Translations under genes and position numbers: made by a program
DNA from: Candidatus Binatia bacterium
Lineage (GTDB): Bacteria > Desulfobacterota > Binatia > Bin18
Reading direction: 5' to 3'
Assembly (NCBI GenBank): GCA_963666315.2
Contig: CAXXHG010000044.1
Coordinates: 1-25,738 of the forward strand
DNA: 25,738 bases
In this document: positions 18,422-25,517 of the stretch, in pieces
Layout: the number at the start of each line of letters is the position of its first letter
Position numbering within the stretch: the stretch's first letter is position 1
The notes under the pieces: model-generated
Seen by the model: only the letters and a program-made list of their open reading frames with translations
Told to the model about the DNA's origin: nothing
The model's database searches: none

Positions 18422-19164
18422 GGGAGCTGCATGTCTTGCAGTTCTGTGAGTACACGTTGGTGGGTTAAATCTGTGCGTACAGGCGTGACTGAGATATACC
18501 CGTCGTGAACCGCCACGCAGTCCGAGCCTTCAATAGGATCAAAACCCAGGTTATCCCCGCTGATCCAGTAATATTTTTTCCCGCGCGGATCGGTCCGCAC
18601 GTCTATGCTTTCCCCGTAGCGCCGTTTTCCCTGTCGGGTAAAACGGTAGCCTTTAATCTGTTCGAGTGGCAGGTTTGGGACATTGACGTTCAGTAAGCTG
18701 TCTGCCGGAAATTTGGGCGTCAGAATCTCAGCCGCAAGCATCGCCGAAAATGTGGCGGCTGTTTGGAAATGGTAGGGCGCGGTGAACGTCACGAGCGAAA
18801 CCGCAAAGGCTGGGATGCCTAATAACGCGCCTTCTAGGGCAGCCGCGACCGTGCCGGAATATGTGATATCGTCCCCCATATTGGGGCCTTTGTTGATGCC
18901 GGATACCACCAGGTCGGGACGCACAGGCAGAAACCCTTTGAGTGCAAGATTGACACAATCGGTGGGCGTTCCATTGACTGCAAATCGCCGTGGTGCAATC
19001 CCTTCGATGCGCAGCGGGCGGTGCAGCGTAAGCGAATGACTCACCGCACTCTGTTCCCGGTCCGGCGCGACCGTATACACCTCGGCTATGCGAGACAGCG
19101 CCTCTTCAAGGCGACGGATCCCCTCGGACTGAATACCGTCGTCGTTCGACACCAGGATAACCAT
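18412..19164 (-). CDS. surE: 5'/3'-nucleotidase SurE
   Basis: ILVSNDDG, GTPTDCV, VSGINKGPNMG, YSGTVAAALEG. Confidence 0.96.
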   Translation of the reverse strand: MVILVSNDDGIQSEGIRRLEEALSRIAEVYTVAPDREQSAVSHSLTLHRPLRIEGIAPRRFAVNGTPTDCVNLALKGFLPVRPDLVVSGINKGPNMGDDITYSGTVAAALEGALLGIPAFAVSLVTFTAPYHFQTAATFSAMLAAEILTPKFPADSLLNVNVPNLPLEQIKGYRFTRQGKRRYGESIDVRTDPRGKKYYWISGDNLGFDPIEGSDCVAVHDGYISVTPVRTDLTHQRVLTELQDMQLPWP

Positions 19165-19187
19165 AACAATATTTCACCAGAAAGCCG

Positions 19188-19269
19188 AAAAAAAGGAAAG
19201 GCGACCACGTCCAGCCATGACCTACCATAGCTATGGTGGGTCTATGAGTGGCCTATAATCGCCTCCTTT
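19188..19269 (-). terminator. Long stem-loop with U-tract between tRNA and surE
   Basis: Minus strand AAAGGAGGCGA...TCGCCTTTCCTTTTTTT encloses a 24-bp near-perfect palindrome at 19219-19242. Confidence 0.45.
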
Positions 19270-19274
19270 ATGCA

Positions 19275-19351
19275 TGGTCGGGGTGAGCCGATTCGAACGG
19301 CCGACCTCTCGCACCCCAAGCGAGTGCGCTACCAGGCTGCGCCACACCCCG
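19275..19351 (-). tRNA. tRNA-Pro(GGG)
   Basis: 77-nt cloverleaf CGGGGTG...CTCGC-TTGGGGT-GCGAG...TTCGAAT...CACCCCG-ACCA with encoded CCA. Confidence 0.97.
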
Positions 19352-19490
19352 ATCTGTTTCCTCATATCGCTTGGGTGACAACAGGGTCAAGGGCCTTTCC
19401 CCGATCGTCTGATTCCCTGTTTCCTTGTTTCTTGATATTTGAAACGAGAAAGAACGGCTATACAGAACTGCGCGGCAAGGAGATGACCGT

Positions 19491-19865
19491 ATGCCGACCT
19501 ACACCGGCGGGTGTCACTGCGGGAGCATCCGATTTGAGGTTGCTGGTCAGATCGATCAGGTGCTGGACTGTAATTGTTCCATGTGTACCAAGAAGGGCTT
19601 TCTGCACTGGATAGTCGCGCCGGAGCAGTTCCGGCTGCTGACTTCCCCGGACGCGGCTGCGCTCTACCAGTTCAACACCAAAATGGCCCAGCATTATTTC
19701 TGTCCGGTATGCGGGATTGCCTCGTATTATGTCCCGCGCTCCCATCCGGACAAGATCGATGTCAATGTGCGCTGTTTGGATAACGTCAATCTACACGATC
19801 TCACCATTGAGCCTTTTAATGGCCGAGACTGGGAGCAGGCGCGGGCCGCTCTGGGTGACGAGTAG
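19491..19865 (+). CDS. GFA / CENP-V family Zn-binding protein
   Basis: GGCHCG, CNCSMC, HYFCPVCG, PRSHPD, NVRCLD. AAGGAG RBS. Confidence 0.92.
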   Translation: MPTYTGGCHCGSIRFEVAGQIDQVLDCNCSMCTKKGFLHWIVAPEQFRLLTSPDAAALYQFNTKMAQHYFCPVCGIASYYVPRSHPDKIDVNVRCLDNVNLHDLTIEPFNGRDWEQARAALGDE

Positions 19866-19875
19866 AGTAGTCGCA

Positions 19876-20136
19876 TCAATCCACGAAATGTCCGATATCG
19901 AGTGTAATAAACCGGTAACCCAGTGCTTTGCCGTGTGCGATCAATCGCTCGCGCACATCCTCTTCGAGCAAACGCTGGCAGTCTTCTGCTGGAGCCATGA
20001 TACAGACCGTTTCGTCCTCAACCCGAACTAGGTAAGCTGGAAAACCAAGATCGAGAAAGATGGGTACCCAGGCTGCAGACGGGTCGTCAGCTGGGAGATG
20101 CTGGGCAGGCGGGGGCTTTATTGGTTTCATAAGCAT
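19876..20136 (-). CDS. Small protein resembling the LarE C-terminal domain
   Basis: LGFPAYLVRVEDETVCI...RLLEEDVRERLIAHGKALGYRFITLDI resembles the LarE C-terminus. TATAGT lies 7 nt upstream of ATG 20136; alternative start 20130. Confidence 0.6.
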   Translation of the reverse strand: MLMKPIKPPPAQHLPADDPSAAWVPIFLDLGFPAYLVRVEDETVCIMAPAEDCQRLLEEDVRERLIAHGKALGYRFITLDIGHFVD

Positions 20137-20176
20137 GCAGTGTACTATAAAAATTTGCTTCACTAAATCAGAGCTC

Positions 20177-20228
20177 CGCCGGGCCATGAAGTGGCCCGGC
20201 TAGCGTACAGCGCCGGATCAAGCCGGCT
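20177..20228 (-). repeat. 52-nt double-hairpin element, copy A (solo)
   Basis: + strand CGCCGGGCCA-TGAAG-TGGCCCGGCT-AGCGTACAGC-GCCGGA-TCAA-GCCGGCT. Confidence 0.8.
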
Positions 20229-20252
20229 AAGCCCCATTGGAAAGGGGAAGGA

Positions 20253-20922
20253 ATGAGCGTTCAAGAACTCAACCAAGGCGTAATCTTTGACCTGGACGGT
20301 GTTCTCATAGACTCCGAGGGCTTGTACTACCGAGCCTATGGCGCAGTGCTCAAGCCGTATGGCGTCAGCGTGACCCAGCGCGAATACGAAGAGGAGTGGA
20401 TCGCTAAGGGGACCGGACCGGAGTATATCGTTGAAAAACACAATCTGCCGATGGCCCCGGATGAGTTACGCAAGCTGCGCTCGCCCATTTTCCTCAAACT
20501 TTTTAGAAACAGAAGTTACCCTCATGCCGCATGTCGAAACAACCCTCACGCATCTTGCTCCCCACTTCGGCCTGACAGTGGCGACCAACAGCAACCGGAA
20601 TCATTTGGACTTTGTGCTCCAGCGCTTTGGAATAGAGCATTTTTTCCCACAGACTATTGCGCGCCAGGACTACGACAAAGCCAAGCCCGAGCCCGACGCG
20701 TTCTTAGCCGCAGCACAAAAACTAGGACTGGCACGGGACCAGTGTGTTGTTATTGAAGATACGTATCGCGGTGTCACGGCCGCCACCAAAGCCGGCATCG
20801 CCTGCATTGCTGTGCCGAATGAATACACGCTGCACAACGACTTCAGCCAGGCGAAACTGGTCTTGTCCGATCTGGGGGAATTGACGCCTGAGGTTGTGCG
20901 CTCGGTGCTGGAGGGGGATTAG
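20253..20922 (+). pseudogene. HAD-family phosphatase (beta-PGM/CbbY-like) with a +1 frameshift
   Basis: FDLDGVLIDSE is in one frame; VATNS, KPEPD and IEDT are in another. Removing one T from the T5 run at 20500-20504 joins them. Confidence 0.88.
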
Positions 20923-21003
20923 GTGTTGGGGAATGGGGGCTAGGAGTCCGGGTTGGGCGGTGACGTAGCGCTAAGAGTTTATGTAGGAGCTGACTCCCAG
21001 CGC

Positions 21004-21055
21004 CGCCCGGCGATGAAGTCGCCGGGCTACTATACAGCGCCGGCTCAAGCCGGCT
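21004..21055 (-). repeat. 52-nt double-hairpin element, copy B (downstream of tnpA)
   Basis: + strand CGCCCGGCGA-TGAAG-TCGCCGGGCT-ACTATACAGC-GCCGGC-TCAA-GCCGGCT. GTAG sits at the hairpin foot on the minus strand. Confidence 0.85.
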
Positions 21056-21131
21056 TAACAGCCCCGTCTGGTGATGTATCGCCGGGCGAAGTGGGCTGTA
21101 CGGAATATGCTTTGGCACTCGATAAGCCGGC

Positions 21132-21597
21132 TTACTTTGCTGGTTGTTTCGCTCGTTGGGGGGGGGCTGATGCGCTGACTCATGGATAGGCCTGCCCGCG
21201 CTGTCACCATTACGTTCCAAGGTGGCTATTACGGTGCCGTGCGCATGGTGCTCTTGCTGCCGTTCAACATAGGCGACATATCGAGGCAAACGTTTGCTAT
21301 CGAAAGAGAAAACCCCATATTCGTTTTGCCAGGCAAAAGACGGTGACAATTTGTTGAGCCTCGCAGATGTTGCTCCTTTGACCTGGCCGATGAACTTGGC
21401 CACAGCAATTTGAGGAGGAATAGTAGCTACCAAGTGGATGTGGTCAGGAAGACCGTTTAACGCGAAGACTGTGGCACCGAGCCCGATGGCCTTGGTGCGT
21501 ACCAACTCGAAAACGTCCGGTGCAAGATCAGGATGAGCAATGGCTCTCGGTTCTTGGTGGACCAGACAATATGGTAAAAGAGCTGTGAGTAAGGCAT
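21132..21597 (-). mobile_element. tnpA: IS200/IS605-type Y1 HUH transposase (REP-associated), frameshifted
   Basis: MPYSQLFYHIVWSTKNREP / 1-nt shift near 21532 / DHIH (HUH), KGATS, FAWQNEYGVFS, YVERQQEHH (catalytic Tyr). The 3' end is uncertain because of a G9 run at 21158-21166. No tnpB present. Confidence 0.88.
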
Positions 21598-21632
21598 AGC
21601 TGTCTTCGCGTGCAATCCCACCGAGGTCTTGG

Positions 21633-21684
21633 AGCCCTCTTCAGAGGGCGTTGTTTCGTAGCCTGGCGAGTTTATCGCCGGGCG
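21633..21684 (+). repeat. 52-nt double-hairpin element, copy C (upstream of tnpA, inverted relative to B)
   Basis: AGCCCTC-TTCA-GAGGGC-GTTGTTTC-GTAGCCTGGCGA-GTTTA-TCGCCGGGCG. Confidence 0.85.
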
Positions 21685-21796
21685 AAGGTTGTGCCAAGTC
21701 GCGCCGCTTGCGCTGCCCCGGCTATGGTCACTGTGGGAATGGAAGGCTACCGTCATCAGCGCGCCCCTCATTCCGCTGTCCGCCCGGCGATGAAGT

Positions 21797-21907
21797 GACG
21801 CTGTTGCAAAACTCATAACCCGTCTCTTCTGAGCCAAGCAGTAATGGTGCAGAGGCTGCACCCTACGGGAAGAAGAGCGTGAGAGAGAGGCATTGTGCAA
21901 CAGGATC
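21797..21907. mobile_element. 111-bp MITE-like element
   Basis: Imperfect terminal inverted repeats GACGCTGTTGCAAAA / TTGTGCAACAGGATC, flanked by ATGAAGT at 21790-21796 and 21908-21914. Internal REP at 21846-21866. Confidence 0.65.
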
Positions 21908-21957
21908 ATGAAGTTATCCCGTCGCATAACGTGAAGGCTGTTGCTGGAAGCCACCCC

Positions 21958-22077
21958 CACTTGGCGCTAAAGCACCAAGCTCAATATACAAAGGGAGCTA
22001 AAGCCCCCTCAAAGGCAGGGTGGGGAGCCTGGTTTACCGGGCTTGGTAGGCTGGGCCTGAGGCTTTAGCCTCGGGCG
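21958..22077. repeat. Inverted pair of 52-nt double-hairpin elements (copies E and F), REPIN-like
   Basis: E 21958-22009 and F 22026-22077 have the same architecture as A-C, are inverted, and are 16 nt apart. Confidence 0.75.
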
Positions 22078-22098
22078 GACGTGGGGAAAACAGATTGC

Positions 22099-22395
22099 TC
22101 AGTCGGCGAGACGTAGAAGGGCCTTTTCTACAACCGCACTGAGCGTTGTATTCCCGGATTTTGCCAGTTTCTGGGCTTTCTCCCGAACAGAGGCGGAAAC
22201 ATACACCTGAAGGCGTACGTGTTGCTGGGTTTTTCTTCCGGCACCACGGCGTGCGCCACCACGTTGGTTAGAACGGGTGGCCTGAGACGCATCGAAATAG
22301 TCAAGGACATTTTCCCCCGCGTCAAATTTTTCTTCAAGATTTGTTGCGTTTGTCGATTTTGCCGATTTCCTCTTCGTAGAGTGTTCGTTCTTCAT
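22099..22395 (-). CDS. BrnA/CopG-like antitoxin
   Basis: EEKFDAGENVLDYFD, RGGARRGAGRK, C-terminal RHH-like segment. GGAGG RBS; overlaps the brnT 3' end. Confidence 0.75.
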   Translation of the reverse strand: MKNEHSTKRKSAKSTNATNLEEKFDAGENVLDYFDASQATRSNQRGGARRGAGRKTQQHVRLQVYVSASVREKAQKLAKSGNTTLSAVVEKALLRLAD

Positions 22396-22627
22396 ATCGA
22401 GCCCTCCTGACCCTAATAATACGAATGGTCTGTTTGCGTACCGTATATATTGCTGTCCAATACTTATCGCGGATTTTTCCAATGGCGAGTCGGGGAGATT
22501 CGTGCGGGTATTTTGAGGGAAGATCGAGGAGATCTTCATCTTGCCACAATCCTTGAGCCGCCTCGAAACCAATTCCATGTTTTTCTTTATTCGCTACACT
22601 CTTGGTTGCATCCCATTCAAAGGTCAC
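22334..22627 (-). CDS. brnT: BrnT-family ribonuclease toxin
   Basis: FEWDATKSVANKEKHGIGFEAA...IRIIRVRRAR..E...Y. GTG start at 22627. Confidence 0.88.
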   Translation of the reverse strand: MTFEWDATKSVANKEKHGIGFEAAQGLWQDEDLLDLPSKYPHESPRLAIGKIRDKYWTAIYTVRKQTIRIIRVRRARYEERTLYEEEIGKIDKRNKS

Positions 22628-22633
22628 CTGGGC

Positions 22634-22675
22634 ATTATACGATTTTTTGTTTGAAATATGTAGGTGCTTTTCAAA
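22634..22675 (-). promoter_or_regulatory. -10 box and candidate operator of brnTA
   Basis: TATAAT (22639-22634) lies 6 nt before the GTG. Inverted repeat TTTGAAA-N12-TTTCAAA (22650-22675). Confidence 0.55.
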
Positions 22676-22823
22676 TGGAATTTTATGATGCGTTAGCCAT
22701 GGGAGCGAATCCACCCGCTAGGGTAAAGCCGAGAGCGGAAAACGTCTTTCCCCTACGCACGTTTTCCTTTATGCTGGCCCCCGCAACAGCGCCGGGGAGA
22801 GCGCTGTAAAAGGAGGGCGATGC

Positions 22824-23699
22824 ATGACGGCGCAAGAATCAAATCAGGACCCGAAGCAGTTCACTGATAAATATGTACACGCAAACGGCCTGAAGTTTCA
22901 TTACTTGGATTGGGGCCGCCCGGACAATCCGTCCTTAGTGTTGCTGCACGGGGTAGGCCAGACGTGTCATACCTGGGATCTGTTTGCTGCGGCTATGGCT
23001 GAGCATTTTCATGTCATGGCCTTTGACCAACGCGGTCACGGGGACACGGATTGGGCTCCGGATAAGGACTACTCACGCTCCACCATGGTCAAAGACGCCA
23101 ATGCGTTCACCGACGAGTTGGGGCTGGATCGGTTTCTCTTAACCGGCATGTCGATGGGTGGTGCAAATTCTCTGGCATTTACTGCGCATTATCCGGACAA
23201 GGTTGAGGCGCTGGTGGTGGTTGATGTTGGGCCGCGTGTGGAGCCGAAAGGTGTGAAGCATATTCGGGATTTTATGAAGAATTATCGCGACTTTGACTCG
23301 CTGGATGAGGCTGCGGCCGTTATCCATAAGTTTAACCCGCGTCGGTCCCTTGACATCATCCGCAAATACACCGTGGTGTATAACTTGAAGCAGCTGCCCA
23401 GCGGGAAGTGGACCTGGAAGTATGACACCTATTTTAGCGACGGCCATCGCACGGTTGATATCAAACAGATGCAAGATGAGCTGTCTGTCGTGGTAAAGAA
23501 GATACAGTGTCCGACCTTGTTGGTCAGAGGTGGGGAGAGTGATGTGTTCTCGCTGGATGGAGCGCGCGATCTGCAAGAAAATATTCCCGGTTCGGAGTTT
23601 GCCTTAGTCGAGAAAGCCGGCCATTCGGTGATGGGCGATAATCCCGCAGGCTTCGAGTCGGCCGTGCGCGGCTTCTATGAGAAAAAGGGCTATCTGTAG
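22824..23699 (+). CDS. Alpha/beta hydrolase
   Basis: LLHG, DQRGHGD, GMSMGG nucleophile elbow, AGHSV. AAGGAGG RBS. Confidence 0.92.
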   Translation: MTAQESNQDPKQFTDKYVHANGLKFHYLDWGRPDNPSLVLLHGVGQTCHTWDLFAAAMAEHFHVMAFDQRGHGDTDWAPDKDYSRSTMVKDANAFTDELGLDRFLLTGMSMGGANSLAFTAHYPDKVEALVVVDVGPRVEPKGVKHIRDFMKNYRDFDSLDEAAAVIHKFNPRRSLDIIRKYTVVYNLKQLPSGKWTWKYDTYFSDGHRTVDIKQMQDELSVVVKKIQCPTLLVRGGESDVFSLDGARDLQENIPGSEFALVEKAGHSVMGDNPAGFESAVRGFYEKKGYL

Positions 23700-23749
23700 G
23701 CGCTGCGTTTGTGGCGCGTGTAGCGGGTGTGCATTGAGGAGATACACAT

Positions 23750-24541
23750 ATGGATCTTGGTCTCACCGATAAAATCGTCATCGTCGGCGGTGCAAGCAAA
23801 GGCATAGGCAGAGCGACCGCGCTCGCGTTCGCCCAGGAAGGGGCCAAGGTCGTGATCTGTGCCCGGCACCCGGAGTTGCTGGAAAAAACTGCGGGGGAGA
23901 TTCGGAGCGAAACCGGGGCTGAGGTGCTGCCGGTCGCCGGAGACCTGTCACAAGCCGCTGCGACTGAGAAGCTGGTCGATGCGACAATAACGAAATTCGG
24001 GACGGTGCATGTGCTGGTGGCGAATACGGGTGGCCCGCCGATGGGCGGTTTTGGCGATATGGACGACGCGGCCTGGGAAAGCGCTTTTGCGCTCAATTTT
24101 CTCAGCACGGTCCGGCTTATTCGGAAAGTGCTGCCGTATATGGAAAAACAGCGCTGGGGGCGCATCGTCAGCGTGATGTCGATGTCGGTCAAAGAGCCGA
24201 TAGACGGACTCATCTTGTCCAACGGCGTGCGCCCGGCCGTGATCGGTATGGCAAAAACGCTGTCGCGTGAGATCGGCAAGCATAACATCACGATCAACAC
24301 GGTCTTACCCGGCCGTATTCTGACCGACCGACTCAAGGGCGGGCTGGCCGCGCGGGCGGCGAAAACCGGAAAAACCTTGCAGCAAGCGCTGGAGGCTAGT
24401 GCCCGAGATGTTCCCTTGGGACGCATCGGTGATCCATCCGAAATGGCAAGCGGCATTGTCTTTCTCGCCTCAGCAGCGGCCAGTTATATCACCGGCGTGA
24501 GTCTGCAGATTGACGGTGGGGCGATACGGGGACTATTGTAG
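23750..24541 (+). CDS. SDR-family oxidoreductase (atypical, no YxxxK)
   Basis: GASKGIG, NTGGPP, LSNGVR, PGRILT, ITGVSLQIDGG. Confidence 0.9.
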   Translation: MDLGLTDKIVIVGGASKGIGRATALAFAQEGAKVVICARHPELLEKTAGEIRSETGAEVLPVAGDLSQAAATEKLVDATITKFGTVHVLVANTGGPPMGGFGDMDDAAWESAFALNFLSTVRLIRKVLPYMEKQRWGRIVSVMSMSVKEPIDGLILSNGVRPAVIGMAKTLSREIGKHNITINTVLPGRILTDRLKGGLAARAAKTGKTLQQALEASARDVPLGRIGDPSEMASGIVFLASAAASYITGVSLQIDGGAIRGLL

Positions 24542-24587
24542 AGAAGCTGAATCGGGGAAACGGAGTCGGTTTGAAGACTTAGACGTT

Positions 24588-25346
24588 ATGAATACAGTCC
24601 TCCGAGCCGCGACAGATGCCGCGAAAGCCGCGGGAGTAATCGCCCTTCAGTATTTCAAGACAAACCTAAGTGTTGAACTCAAAGCCGACCGCACGCCGGT
24701 GACCAAAGCCGACCGAGAGTGCGAAACGCGCATTGTCGCCATACTGCGCGCGCAGTTTCCCGACTATGGTGTTCTGGGTGAAGAGTTCGGCGAGCAGCCG
24801 GGTAAGGGCGCAGCGCGCTGGATTATCGATCCGATCGACGGCACCAAGAATTTTATTCGAGGCATTCCGTTTTTTGCGACGCTGATTGCCTTAGAAGAAG
24901 ACGGCGAGATTACCGCCGGGGTGATGTATGCCCCGGCGATCGGCGAGCTGCTGTACGCTCAAAAAGGGCAGGGCGCGTTTGCCAATGGCCAACGGGTACA
25001 TGTCTCGGGTATCGCCGAGCTCGGAGACGCGATGCTGATTCACGGTGGCCTGCATGATTTGAAAGTCCGGCCGTGTTGGCAGCCGTTCCTGCGTTTGGTG
25101 GATGGGTCTGCTCGTCAACGTGGTTTCGGTGATGCCCTGGGGCATAGCCTAGTGATGCAAGGGCTGGCCGAGGTGGCCTTAGAGCCTGAGGTCAAGCCTT
25201 GGGATGTGGCCGCGAGCAAGATTATCGTCACCGAGGCGGGTGGCCGGTTTTCTGATTTTGCCGGGAGCCGGTCGATCTATTCAGGCGATGCGGTGATATC
25301 AAACGGCCGGGTGCATGACGAGGTGCTGCGCATTCTGGAGGGCTGA
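24588..25346 (+). CDS. hisN: Inositol monophosphatase family, HisN-like histidinol-phosphatase
   Basis: TPVTKAD, LGEEFG, WIIDPIDGTKNF, RGFGD, PWDVAA. Confidence 0.75.
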   Translation: MNTVLRAATDAAKAAGVIALQYFKTNLSVELKADRTPVTKADRECETRIVAILRAQFPDYGVLGEEFGEQPGKGAARWIIDPIDGTKNFIRGIPFFATLIALEEDGEITAGVMYAPAIGELLYAQKGQGAFANGQRVHVSGIAELGDAMLIHGGLHDLKVRPCWQPFLRLVDGSARQRGFGDALGHSLVMQGLAEVALEPEVKPWDVAASKIIVTEAGGRFSDFAGSRSIYSGDAVISNGRVHDEVLRILEG

Positions 25347-25401
25347 AAAAGTGTGGTTGACCATGCCTGACCGCTGCCAGAAATTGGTCCAGCCTTGTGG
25401 T

Positions 25402-25507
25402 GTCGGGTTACGTTTCGCTAACCCGACCTACGGGATTTGTTTTAGGAGCGGAGGGTAGGGCGGGCCACGACCCGCCGACAAAGGGGTGGACCGTTGGTCC
25501 ACCCAAC
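25402..25507. repeat. Cluster of three different GTAG-type REPs
   Basis: GTAGGTCGGGTTAGCGAAACGTAACCCGAC (minus, 25402-25431), GTAGGGCGGGCCACGACCCGCC (plus, 25455-25476), GTTGGGTGGACCAACGGTCCACCC (minus, 25484-25507). Confidence 0.75.
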
Positions 25508-25517
25508 CAATGCAGAC

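Noticed and set aside
19275-19351. tRNA as an island integration site
   Set aside because: No integrase and no duplicated tRNA 3' end were seen, and the 3' side leads directly to surE.
20843-21131. Long C-terminal extension of TnpA in the ORF track
   Set aside because: It reads through repeat copy B and overlaps the HAD gene. One more base in the G9 run would give a stop at 21132-21134.
20177-22077. CRISPR array or integron attC array
   Set aside because: Repeats are irregularly spaced and in both orientations, with no cas or integrase gene, no uniform spacers and no GTTRRRY/RYYYAAC cassette ends.
23524-24456. 310-aa antisense ORF and other long shadow ORFs (212-742, 16881-17531, 16006-16518)
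   Set aside because: They lie opposite well-supported genes, have no motifs, and are expected in GC-rich DNA.
23750-24541. Missing YxxxK as a sign of pseudogenisation or novelty
   Set aside because: The LSN..R variant is a common atypical SDR subgroup and the frame is intact.
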